Of a DNA stretch of 49,161 nucleotides, positions 37,154 to 48,940 are shown piece by piece. The position numbers were made by a program, and so were the translations under genes. The DNA lies in the NCBI RefSeq assembly GCF_001194135.2, contig NC_068982.1, forward strand, positions 65,821,503 through 65,870,663, read 5' to 3'. This DNA is from Octopus bimaculoides. Lineage: Eukaryota. Within the stretch, counting starts at the first letter, position 1, and each line of letters starts with the position of its first letter. Below the pieces are notes generated by a model. It did no database searches. It was given only the letters and a program-made list of their open reading frames with translations, and was not told the origin of the DNA.

Positions 37154-38081
37154 CAGGGAAAGACTTGTTAGAAGAGGACAGAGTAGTGTGAATCATCTAA
37201 TCGGAAAACATGTGGCAAATTTTCCCCAGACACAAATCACAGCGTATCAGTAAATGCTACAGCAAAAACCTCTTTCCAACCGGAAACTACAGGTTATGAG
37301 ACTGATGCATGCACTTGCAAGAAACCGAGGGTTCTGTTGCCTGCTGCTACTGAAAAAGTAAGATATAAAGAATTTGAGAACAAGGTATGTAAATCTCTAT
37401 ATAAAATGACAGGATCTACAATGGAGAAACTAGGGAAGTTAGCAAGCTGAAGACAGGAATGAAATTATTTGGAGTAAAAAATCATGATCCCTGATTGGCA
37501 AAAGGGAAGAGTGGACCAAGCAGGAGGAACAGAAAATGCAGTTGAGGATGCAAAAGAACAACTTAAGAAAGTGATGAAAATTTGTTTTGCATCTATGGTA
37601 AGAGATCCCTTACTAGAAAAAAAAAGCATAGGTTAGTGACAGGAAAGGCATCCAACTGAAAACAATGCTTCAACAATATATCTAAGCCATGCTAGTATAG
37701 GAAAATGAACATTAAAAACAAATGAGCAAAGAAAAACTTCCTTTCAAGAATAATATTACAATCTCAATCAACTTATGAAACTGCTGTTACTACATCCTTA
37801 GTTCTTTTAGCAGCCATTCTCTTCTAACTTTCAATAGTTCAATAATTATGTCACAAAGCAGCAAAGCCTTTACATAATTTGCCACCACCTATTCCTCTGT
37901 GGATCAACATAACCTTTTGTTGTGGACAGTTGAATTGTAAAGTTTGCAAATGCTGGCATTTGAAAGAACACAAAGAATAACAAGCCACAACACAAAACAT
38001 TTTATTACTATTGGCAGAATAATGTGTTAAAACTGCATTGTCAACATATGTCTGATGTATTCCGACTATTGTACAAAACGT

Positions 38082-38460
38082 GGAGGCGCAATGGCCCAGT
38101 GGTTAGGCCAGCGGACTCGCGGTCTTAGGAACGCGGTTTCGATTCCCAGACTGGGCGTTGTGAGTGTTTATTGAGCGAAAACACCCAAAGTTCCACAAGG
38201 CTCTGGCAGGGGTTGGTGGCGAACCCTGCTGTACTCTTTCACCACAACTTTCTCTCACTCTTACTTCCTGTTTCTGTTGTGCCTGTAATTCAAAGGGCCA
38301 GCCTTGTCATACTCTGTCACACTGAATCTCCCTGAAAACTACATTAAAGGTACACGTGTCTGTGGAGTGCTCAGCCGCTTGCACGTTAATTTCACAAGCA
38401 GGCTGTTCCGCTGATTGGATCAACTGGAGCCCTCATCGTTGTTACCGACGAAGTGCCAAC
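38082..38460 (+). mobile_element. tRNA-derived SINE (family C) with TSD
   Basis: Homologous to 30766-31121. TSD ATTGTACAAAAC at 38068-79 and 38465-76. Confidence 0.9.
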
Positions 38461-39264
38461 TACCATTGTACAAAACAAAAAAAAAACATTTTTCTTTGCC
38501 TCTATCTGTGTGCTTACTGCAATACTGTTTCTGTGCTGCATCCATAGAAATGAATACTGCACCTTATATTGAATTTGACAAATGTAAGGTGTCAATGTAG
38601 CTGAGGTTGTTTAGGTTCACACTACAGCATTGCGGCTACTCTGATGTTAACACATTCACTCAGTAACCACATGGTCCTGGGTTCTATATTACTGCGTGGA
38701 ACCTTTGGCAAACATCTTCTACCATCTTTCTTAGGTCGACAAGTACTTTGTGGGTTTAATTTCAAAGGGAAAAACTATTTAGAAGTCTGTCACATGCACG
38801 CACACACACACACAGACGTGTGTGTGTCTTTGTGTGTAAAATGTACAAGAACAAGTCAGACATAGGCTCTACAAGTTACATTGCAGGCTGATCATCTAGG
38901 CATGCAGTAACTTCAAATAAGGTAGAAGAAACTTTTTGATCCTCTCACATGGGACTTTTTCAGTACATGTGACACAAAATAATACACACTATAAAGCACA
39001 AGACTACAAAGTTGGCTTGTTTTCTCTGTTACTATTATGTACCTTCTACTGCAGCACACTATCAGATATCTCCTTCTTCCCCACTCACTTCTGACACCTC
39101 TGCCCCACTAATTCCTACCCAGCTCCACTATTCTCACCCACTTTTCTAAAATGTGAATAATCATGTCTCTTCTACAAGAAACTTGTTCTGCTCCAGCAGC
39201 TTTTCTCTCACACTTTGCCTCTCTCTCTCTCTCTACTCTTTATTCTTCTAGCATAAAGGCTCCC

Positions 39265-39500
39265 CACCTCCTTGGGGTTCATTGTCTGGCAAGCTGCATG
39301 GTGACCTCAGTAGTGCCGGTGGCATAAAAAAAAGGTGCTCAGTACACACTGTAAAGTGGTTGGCATTAGGAATGGTATCCAGCTGTGAAAATCATGCCAA
39401 AGCAGATAGTGGAGCACATTGCAGTTCTTAAGCACTTCAGATCTATCCTGATCGACACATGCCTGAATGGAACATGGATGTTAAATGATGATGATAATAA
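39265..39500 (+). mobile_element. Decayed RTE/SINE-type 3' tail
   Basis: GTGCCGGTGGCATAAAAAA...GTGGTTGGCATTAGGAA...ATCCAGCTGT...CATGGATGTTAAATGATGATGA resembles the tails at 18285 and 35864. Confidence 0.6.
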
Positions 39501-39949
39501 TATTGATGGTGATGTAGACCATGAGAAATGATTGCAAGATAATGATAATGATACTTGTTGAGATATATTGATTTGGAAATCTCAAGTAAAGTACAAGTCA
39601 ACTGGTTTTGTTACATTGTAAGCGAATGAAGTTGTGGGTATGATATTATGTTGAAATTTGATGAATTAAATGAGTGTATGAACTGTTTAATTGACTTGTT
39701 AACTTTATTCTGTTGTGGTAAAATGGAAAATGGATGAATATTTGGTTTAGAAATAGTTTCTACAGAATTTGTTTAGGATTTCTTCTATAACATTTCTGTT
39801 TTCAAAATGTAGGGTTTTGATGGGTGTTAGTGGTTGTTGCTGTTGTTTGGCACCTAGTCAGACTTGATTGAGCAAGTAAAGTATATTTCAGGGAATCATT
39901 CTCTTATCTTAATAACAACCAATACATCTTTCATAAAGACAAATCTACT

Positions 39950-40800
39950 GGAGACCCATTGTTCACCAATGGACTCTCAACCTCAAGAAATTTTACAAAT
40001 GCCATATTATTGCACTTGTCATCAATAGAAATTTTGGATGTGCTTGCCTGTTGTCTCCATGTTTCTTATTCCTTGGATTTAAGGCAGATTGTTTCATCAT
40101 GACATACTATAGGAGCTTTTTTTACCCATATTCTATGGGTCCCCCTCGTTCTTTATGAACTTCAGTGTACCCCAAAGTTTGGCTTTGTCTCCCATACGCT
40201 TCTTTCTTACCTACTTGCCATCATCTCCAACAATGTCCATTCTTATACAGAAAATACAGTCCATCATTCCTCTTGGAGCTTAGCATAATCCATATGCAAC
40301 CTAAGTGTCTCATGTCAGACTGTCCTGATTCCATGAACATAGACCGTAAAAACAGTCTGCAATGGGATCATGTCAGTATTGTCTCACTAAGACAGTCACA
40401 TAAAAAATAATAATAAAGTACTCCAAACATGAACAACATGCAATTAGACCCCTCAAAATCACTATAAATTTTAGGCCTTACCATTATTGGAGGATATCTC
40501 CTCACAATCTCATCTCCTCAACAGCAATGATTGCATCACAAAACCTGACCTTTCTCTTCAGGGTCAGAAAATACTTCACACCCTTTGCCTAGGAAATACC
40601 CTTTCACCCTTGCAAGTAAGAGATCTACAGTGGAATGCTGCTCCTACGTATTGGACAATGTTGCTGTTACACTCAGACATTCTAGACTGCAATAGAAAAA
40701 TGGTCATATAACTAGTTAGCATGAAACAACTTTCTAATGCACTCCAACTTCTGGTCCACAGTTGTACTATCCCTATACTGTTTTTCTTTTCCTTGAGGAC
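39950..40800 (+). mobile_element. Highly decayed CR1/L2-like LINE RT fragment
   Basis: Residual motifs read across frameshifts: PQSLALSP (GVPQGSVLSP-like), ILGLTI, and QVR..VECCSYV (VRPxLEYCS-like). Confidence 0.45.
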
Positions 40801-41215
40801 ACCTGTATAGAGAAGTGTGCTTAATGTGGTTGGAACTTGCAGAAGAGGGAGACCCAGGAAAACTATGATGAAGGCTGACCTCAGTTTCCTTCATGCTAAT
40901 TTAATTTAATTTAATATCAACTTTAGTAGCCTATGGCTTATTATGCAACAGATCAAGATAAGCTTATTGGTATTATGGAAAAAAAAAGCCAAGTGCAGTT
41001 TTTTTCTCCTTTTTTTGTAATTTATCCAAGTTGAGTAAAATTGGAAAATATTAAGATCTTGATGAAATTCTTTTAAGAAATAAATAGCAGCTTGGTTTGT
41101 GTCAAACAACAAATCGATCTTATTAAAAAAATTTTTTTTGTTAGATCTTTTGAAATAATTTGTTTAGTTGCATTTTGCTATTAACCAATTATTGACTTTG
41201 TTTCTTCTTTTGCAG

Positions 41216-41296
41216 ATACCAACCAGTTTTCAAATGGCGTAGTACTTCTGCATCCTGCTAAAATTGTCTTGAACAGCCACTTAAACATCTGTCAAA
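41216..41296 (+). other. 5' UTR part of the CPES coding exon, with an in-frame mini-uORF (ATG GCG TAG, 41234-41242)
   Basis: Strong acceptor TTTGTTTCTTCTTTTGCAG| at 41215. An in-frame stop lies upstream of ATG 41297, which has a good context (CAAAATGG). Confidence 0.7.
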
Positions 41297-42064
41297 ATGG
41301 TTTCATTACAAGCACTGCGCAAAGACAAAAATGGATTATATTTATTCAGTTTTATTATCTTTGTTTATTTTGGAATTATGGATATAATTTTGTACATCAC
41401 ACTTCAAAAGTCTGTTCTAAATGAGAAGAAAAACGGCAGTTTCTCCCCTTTCCGGCCACTTACAGTGAAACTGTTAATGACAGATCCTGTTGATCACTAC
41501 ATTCTCTCTCCTGTTGCTGAATACTTTGATGAAATCACGCAATTCAGTCATGTCTTTTACTTTATTACCCCAAATATGATTAGTTTTTCCCACGTTTTCA
41601 TTGCTATTATTGCTGGCAAGCTGATATCTTCGGACTCTCTCTACAACCGTCGAATGGGTGTTCTTATCTACCAGTTTCGTTGCTTCCTTGATGCCTTTGA
41701 TGGTGTTGTCTATAGAGCACATGTTGGTGCTGGCCATATCTACAAATCTCACCGTTCATCGTTAGGTTACCTGGTGGATTCTGTCTGTGATATAAGCGGT
41801 GGTACTGCTTTGTGTATAGGAATGGCTGTCTATGTCTGTAGATACCCACCTTTGAAAAATCAGCAGGATATATTACCATGGACAAAACCCGTTGAAAACG
41901 GGACTGGAAATACTAAAAAAAATGGTCATGTAAGCAGTTGGATGGCCTTTTGGAGAACTTTCAGTTTTGGCATGCTGCTTGCAATGTCTGCATTTTCATG
42001 GGACAAAACTGTTGAGAGGTTCTCAGGTATTCTTCAAGTGCCTATTTCAGATGCTCAGGACAAA
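41297..42064 (+). CDS. CPES: Ceramide phosphoethanolamine synthase (CPES)-like CDP-alcohol phosphotransferase, first coding exon (256 aa); downstream exon(s) not located
   Basis: N-terminal TM helix; TVKLLMTDPVDHYI; ITPNMISFSH (the TPNxxS/T motif); catalytic motif D132-x2-DG-x2-YR...G157-x3-D161-x3-D165; further TM helices. Phase-0 donor AAA|GTAAGT at 42064/65. The 315-aa ORF in the track reads through into the intron. Confidence 0.9.
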
Positions 42065-42288
42065 GTAAGTACAATTTTACATTCTCTTTTACATTGTTGT
42101 CCATATGTAACTACATCTCTACAAGTCTTTATCTTTTTCTATCTCTATCTTGCTGCATCTCTGCTTGTCTTTATCTCACTACCACAGCCCAATCTTTATC
42201 TCATAACATTTTATATACCATTTTCTCAATACATTTTGTTTTAAAAAATTGTACATCAAGAATTAATAGTACTGGTGTCCTTTGCAAG

Positions 42289-42321
<33 letters not shown>

Positions 42322-42377
42322 CTCTCTTTTATCTCTCTCTCTTTTCTCTCTCTCTCTTTTCTCTCTCTCTTTCTCTG

Positions 42378-42409
<32 letters not shown>

Positions 42410-42924
42410 TTCTGAACTTCTGTGATTGATGTCTGTTGGATTAACAAAGATAGAGTAAGAATTTTTTACTATCACATTCAAGAAAAATGTTTAACTTTTT
42501 TGCTTTTGTGGCAAGTTTTGTTTAATTTCTGGATAAACAGAGTGGTCATGGTAAATGTATCTTTGTCTGTAGGTTGATTTATTTTAACTGAATAAATTGA
42601 TAAGAAACAGTTACTGAGAATCAAGTTGTTTTATTCAGCTGTAACATTCAACTTCAGTATACAAAGCACATATCCATTTTTATATCAAATGACTGGCTAC
42701 CAACCTTCAACTAAAGTATGCCATAATGCTCCTAAATTAGAAGTTGTGAAAAATTATGTCAGAGGTATTTAACTTGAGTTCATCAAAAATTTTGTGATGT
42801 GAGGTTATTAACTAATGTGACAATTACATTTTAGTGTGGGGTATATATTTTAGTGTGGGTGCTGTGGATGGAGAGAATTTTGAGTTGGATCTTGGAAAGT
42901 ACATGAAATGGAAGGTGGCACAAT

Positions 42925-44200
42925 ATTTTGTTATCTAGGAGACATGTTGAATGGAGAAGGTGGATCAGGCATGGCTATGGTGGCTAAAGTGAGATGCACA
43001 TGAAAATTCCATGAACCAAGCAGTGTGCTACTGAGGAGGAAAGTGTTAATGACACTGAAGGGAACGGTATATACTGCATGTATAAGAAGTGCTAAGCTTT
43101 CTTGGAATAAGACATAGGTAACAAATACAGGGCAGTAGATAAGGCTACAAAGAGCAGAATGAGAATGGTTCAATGGATGAGTGGAAATATCATTGAGTAA
43201 GAGGAAGACAGACAATGAATTGCAGAGTATGGTGGGAGTAAAGCCACTGATGAATGTTGTGAAAAGAAATTGGATGAGATGGCTGGATCATATGCTGAGG
43301 AAGAATGTGTAACGACCGTGCGACCAGGAGATGGTGACGAAGGAATGGCTCCTTTAGTGCATCGCATGGTTGGCACAAATATAAAAAACAAAGGACGTTA
43401 GTAGAAAGTCCAGACACAAAGATGGGAAATACCAGTTCATAGCTAAGGTACACAGTAGTTGAAGTGCTGTACCAAGAGGTTGTGGCGTTGAAAGCAGAGC
43501 CGAAGTAAGACACATGTCGTGTAAGAAGTTGAGGCTTTAACGCTGTTGTTGGTTACTTGGTACAGGAGTTCTTGCAGGTTGAATTTGCTGTTAACCTTGG
43601 TGAAGCATTTCACAAACAGCGTGAAGAAAGTTATGTTAGCGTTGCTGGTTTAGTGTGTACTTAGAGAAGTTGGTGTAGACACTGGCGACAAAGAAGCTTG
43701 TAGTAAACAGTTAATTGAACGAAGTGTTGGATCTCCAGTGAAGCGGAGTCATGTTGTTGCTGGAAATGGCTGGTGCTCTGTGGTCAGCGGCTAGACCTCA
43801 GAAGGTCTAAAGCCGAGACAAACTTTAGCGCAGACAAGCTAGCTATTTATGAGAAATAATCGGCTCAAACAGGGGTTCAGAAAACTGTCGAACGCGACCT
43901 TATCTGAAGGCGGTGATTGGTTGGGTTGCACCCTGGCACGAGACAGAATAAGAAAGAAAAATACGCCAATACCAACCAATCAGAGTGGTGGACATAAGGT
44001 CCAAAGAAGTGGCTGAAGGCTAGCTGTTATCTGCTACGTCTGCTTTCATATATATATAATAGAGAGAGAGAGAGCAGCTTCGCTACAAATGCAAGTGACT
44101 GGGAGGAGTGATAGAAATGAATGTAAAAGGAAGTAGAAGAAAAGAAAGACTAAGATTACAGGGTTAAAGATGATGGAGAAGGAAATGAGGGCAAGGGGGT
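42925..44200 (+). mobile_element. Old RTE-clade LINE fragment split by a solo LTR
   Basis: YLGDMLNGEGGSG... before 43307 ends at HMLRKN and resumes after 44088 (ASDWE..EMNVKGSR), corresponding to the GHVMRM..RGRP region. Confidence 0.6.
43308..44087. mobile_element. Solo LTR (780 bp), likely Ty3/gypsy type
   Basis: Termini TGTAAC...CTACA with a 4-bp TSD AATG (43304-07 and 44088-91). CpGs are retained. A TATA-like CATAAATAG lies on the minus strand. Confidence 0.8.
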
Positions 44201-44329
44201 TGGTGTGGAGGCATGTATAAGATAGGGCAAAATAGAGAAGACCGTCATGTGGTCCACATAGTTAACCCATTATTGAACAGGGAAATTATTTTAAAATGCT
44301 TGTTGTTATTGTATGTACTTCGCTACATT

Positions 44330-46200
44330 CAACCAATGTAGTTGCAGATGAAAATGCAGAGAGATAAAGTAACACATCCATAATCCTGTGGGTATAGTAC
44401 TATGGTGAGTGAATATTTGCTAATTAGCTGGATAGCCTCTTTTATGTGATCTAGAATGTTTTTAGTTTTGTAATAGCAGCACTGTCTTGAATATGTGCAC
44501 AGTGCTCCAATGTGGAGTGCATTCTAGTTTTTGGAAAGGTCAGTCCCTGGCCTTTCAAAAGTTCTTTTGTGATTTTGAGACATAGAATTTTATACCATTT
44601 TATTGATGTTATTTAGTGCAAGACTTTTTCTCTCTGATGTTTTTAATGATTATATCATGAAGAAGTCTTTGTACATAGGAATGCAAGTCTGGTGTGAAGT
44701 GTTTATCATGCATGTATATGGCATCTGTATGTGGTAGGTTAAGGTTGAAGGGTGGTGTTATCTGAGTAGGAATATGTGGATAAAACAGAAAAAAAGTTAG
44801 TGTATAGAAAGGAAGTGTGTGGGAAGATAGTTAAGCAGTGAGATACAAACTGATGTGATGAGGTTAGCTGATAAAAAACTTCTGATCGAAGATATAAGAG
44901 AGATAGATGATTTAACATTAACTCGAATTTGCTATCTTAACTAGGTTGTTCACACACTATACATGGTTGATGGCTTTACTCACATAAAGGGAAACAACAT
45001 TACTTCCCTTGAAGCTGGCTGTGGGAGTAAGTTTCTTATAGATCTGCCTGTACAAAACTGTGCAGAGGGTTACTGAGAGAAGAACGAAAGGGAATGAAAG
45101 TAGTGATTGGTGATAACTGTTTCCATCACCTTTGAAATGTTGGAAGTGAGGTTCATAGAGTGGCGTCTGGCAGGGATCTGAAAGGTTCTTATGAATGACA
45201 TTTGGTTGTATGTTTCCATAGACTAAATCCCTTTACAGAAAGCTTGAAGAGTTTGATAAGAAAAGGAGCTAACTCTGGAGTGCACAGTTTGAGAGTAATG
45301 GAAGGGACACAAACAGGGCTGGTCACTTAGTTGTATTGGAGATATCAGAGATTTACTGGCGAAGAGTGCAGTTTTATTGTCCGTGTGTGTGTGCAGGTTC
45401 CATGTGTGGTGACTATCTGTAGGAGTATTACAAAATTGTCTTGGTTGAAACATAGTGGGAGGAGAATAATAAAAATTCTGTTGGCTACAATTCAAAAGAA
45501 AAGAGGGTTGGTTGACTACTTTTTGTATGAAAGTATCCTTTCTTAATGGTTATTTTGTAAGCATTTCAGTGTTGGGCGAACATTCCTATGTTGTTTTGTA
45601 GCCTCAAGTGAGTGCTGATTAAGCGGATCTGTTCCAGTTGTAACCATTATGTCTTCTTTTCAAGCATAATATATCTAAGATTACCTTTGTACTTTTATTT
45701 TGTTATACGTTAAACATATTTAAGAAAAATATTGGGAAGGAAAAAGCAAAATGTTTGTCCATTGTTGAATGAAGTGCATAATGCCCTTAATCTCTTGATT
45801 TGGAAACAGCTATTGGACAAACTAGATTTGTTGGCATTAGACTGTTGTCATTGTCATCAAATACTTTTGTTATGGTTATGGAGCCATGGTCAGTCCATAC
45901 TTTTTGGTTTAGAGGAAGGGGCAATGTCCAAGGCCTTCACAAGCCCTTTTAGAAAGGTGAAATCGATGTCAATAATCTATTAATGCTCATCGTGGATGTA
46001 TGTTACTCAACACATGTAAGGAAAGGTATGAGCAGGGAGGGGATTCCAGGAGGCTGATGTTCTGTGAAAGAAGGACTGGTCATTGTAATTAGTGCAGTAC
46101 CTGGGTAGGACTGGACATAAGGGTGATGGGAGGAGGAGAGACAAGAAAGATGGGAATGCATTAGTGGAGGAAGTATGAGCAGAGACAGTTGATAACTATA
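44330..46200 (-). mobile_element. Highly decayed CR1/L2-like LINE (EN-RT linker and RT)
   Basis: Minus-strand remnants NLTSNISKVMETVI, SLYVSKAINHV (LDISKAFD-like) and STLEHCAHI (PxLEYCSHI-like). Boundaries are approximate. Confidence 0.55.
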
Positions 46201-47072
46201 TTCCATAGACCCAGTGTTTTAGATACATAATGTTGCCACAGCTTGCGAACACTAATATGCAGGTAATTATATTCTGAAGTGCAGTATAACAGTCTGCCTG
46301 CCTGCCTTTTTTTCTCTATTTTTTCTCCCATCCTTATTTATCAAGTTCAGGTAGTTGTTCAGTCTTAAGTCAGCTCTTAATCCTTGTGTCTGGTATTCCA
46401 GTCATGACTAGCTTATCTTTTTTTTTTTTCAGACTTAATATATCTAGGTTCACATTATTCAGTGTGACCTATCTTTTTGAAGATAGTAAAGTGTGCTTTG
46501 GGGGAGATTTGTCTGCTAGACCTAACAGGTCTCATGACTAGATGCTTTCTTGTTTGGTTCAAAATTCCTCAACAATCCCTATTGAAGTGGTTTTTAACCT
46601 ATGACATAGTATCCTCTGGTGTTGTTGCAAGTTGCCTAATTAGATGCCAGTCATCTTTCAATATCAAAATTACATTAAACAAACGTCTTTCATTATAACT
46701 GTATATAGTTATTATTTACAATAATATACCTGACATCAAAATTGATGTCATAAATGTATTGAAAATAAACTGAAAATGGTATTTAATAAATGTGTTGACA
46801 TAACATACATTCCATTTATTTGATACAGACTTGTATAGTAAAAATAATTAAACTTTTATTGAAAACATTTTGAAGGATTTGATAGAAAAAAGTGAACTAA
46901 ATATAAGGGAGAGTTTTATATAAATTGTTTTGATATTTTTTGAGGTTAAAACAATGAAAATCTCTTTATTTAATGATTGAAAATTGTTCTAAATATTTTA
47001 TTAAATTATTGGTGAGTCTGTACCATGGAAAATGACAGCGATTAACATGTATATTAAAAATTTATTCACAAA

Positions 47073-47228
47073 GGCACAGGAGTGGCTGTGTGGTAAGTAG
47101 CTTGCTTACCAACCACATGGTTCTGGGTTCAGTCCCACTGCATGGCATCTTCTACTATAGCCTCGGGCTGACCAAAGCCTTGTGAGTGGATTTGATAGAC
47201 GGAAACTGAAAGAAGCCTGTCGTATATG

Positions 47229-47259
<31 letters not shown>

Positions 47260-47454
47260 CTGTGTTTGTCCCCCTAGCATTGCTTGACAACCGATGCTGG
47301 CATGTTTATGTCCCCGTCACTTAGCGGTTCAGCAAAAGAGACTGATAGAATAAGTACTAGGCTTATAAAGAATAAGTCCCGGGGTCGATTTGCTTAACTA
47401 AAGGCAGTGCTCCAGCATGGCCGCAGTCAAATGACTGAAACAAGTAAATGAGTA
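47073..47454 (+). mobile_element. Near full-length family A tRNA-derived SINE
   Basis: A box TGGCTGTGTGG, B box GGTTCAGTCCC, internal microsatellite, and 3' part ending GACTGAAACAAGTAAA. It lacks the TGGGCAAGTGTCT core segment seen in other copies. Confidence 0.9.
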
Positions 47455-48066
47455 TGCATGATTTATGGCAAGGAATACTGAAAAAGGCTTTGGAGTTTAC
47501 TTACCACAATTTAGTTACTTTGATACATTTGTGAATGATATTGCTGACAAAATTCCCTGACAAATTTCATCCCTAAAAGTTGAAATCATGGCCCACTTTA
47601 TGAGTTTTCTTACAGAACCACATGAACACACTTTTCACCCACTCTACCCTAGAAACCGAACTACAACCCTTCTTCTAACTGCATCTTTCTTTTCCTCACA
47701 TTTTCTCTTCATAAATTACCATTGTTTTCCAATCTTCTTTCTTGCTCTCACTGCCTTGCTCACAGTATCCTACCCCCTGCAACACCCACACTCTATTTTT
47801 CTACCCAGGTTCTATGCTCAGATTATTGTTACCTGTGAATATACCCTAGCACTACACCATCTCTCTTCTACTCTCTCTTACACTTTTGCTGTTTCCTACT
47901 CTTTCTCTCTCTCTCTCTCTCTCTCTCCCTATGATCACTCATTACACACACACACACATATATATATATATTTGAGATGGTAATTTTTTTTCTTGCCAAA
48001 TAAACACAAACATTATATATTCATTCTTCATTTATTATTGTTCTTGTCTTTATTTCCCATTGTCTG

Positions 48067-48100
48067 TAATTCTTTCATCACACACCTGTGACCTCTTCAG
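48067..48100 (-). ncRNA. Minimal hammerhead ribozyme motif (PLE pseudo-LTR type)
   Basis: CTGAAGA-G-GTCAC(AGGTGT)GTGAT-GAAA-GAATT-A. The core is intact and stem I is degraded. Confidence 0.6.
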
Positions 48101-48186
48101 TGACTTTTCCACCCCATGTGTCTCTTCCTGCTCTGTTTAGTACATTCTCACAATTTTACATCAGGAATCTTGCAAAACAAATTCAT

Positions 48187-48258
<72 letters not shown>

Positions 48259-48267
48259 TGTATTTCG

Positions 48268-48790
48268 GGATGGTCATGGCTGTGTTCTTGTGGACAAGGT
48301 ATTTAGAGGCCATGGGTTTGGTATAATAGGAGTGAAGGATCTGGACCTTATTGTTCTTGATTTCTAACCAGAGTTCCATGTCTAAAACTGGTAGCCTATA
48401 GTTGGGGTGCTTGTTAGAGTAGTCTGTTGTTACTTTGATACTCTGGTGGATGTAGTTAGCTATTTGTGGGATGCTCTCCATAGTGTTAGCTCCTAGATCA
48501 ACATTGTCTTGTAGGGGTGCTTTGGCTACTATCTTGATATCATCCATATAGCGGGAGTACATGGTTAGGGTTATGGAGCTCTCTGCTAATTTCTCTTTGA
48601 GTCTCCTAACCCACAATACCATAAATAAGTTAGCCACATCACCAGCGATACTGACACCAATGGCTGCACCTTCCTCTTGGGCGTATATCTTGTTACTAAA
48701 CTTAAATATGTGGCCCTTGAGTGTGATCTTGGTACTCTCACCCACTATGTGCGAGGAGATGGGGCTGAGGAGAGGGTCATTATGCTACTG
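48268..48790 (-). mobile_element. Penelope-like retroelement reverse transcriptase fragment
   Basis: FKFSNKIYAQEEGAAIGVSIAGDVANLFM, YSRYMDD, DYSNKHPNYRLPVLDMELW and YYTKPMAS. It is truncated on both sides, and the ORF tail runs into (TG)n. Confidence 0.88.
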
Positions 48791-48906
48791 AGAATAATCA
48801 CACACACACACACTAACACAGATGCAGGCGCATATAAGGATACACATCATAGAAGAACAGAATGGAATAAGCTGAGCAAGAGCACACACAAAGACAGAAA
48901 GTGTCA

Positions 48907-48940
48907 CTGAGGCGGTCACAGATGTGTGACGAAAGATTTC
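48907..48940 (+). ncRNA. Minimal hammerhead ribozyme motif, A9>C variant
   Basis: CTGAGGC-G-GTCAC(AGATGT)GTGAC-GAAA-GATTT-C. Stem II is perfect, the cleavage triplet is UUC, and stem I is GUCA/UGGU. Confidence 0.55.

Noticed and set aside
42065-42244. C-terminal 59 aa of the 315-aa ORF
   Set aside because: It follows a perfect phase-0 GTAAGT donor, is low-complexity and leads into (CT)n. This is intron read-through.
46420-46520. Acceptor TTTTTTTTCAG at 46432 as the next CPES exon
   Set aside because: The required phase-0 frame gives ACT TAA immediately, with no CPES-like sequence.
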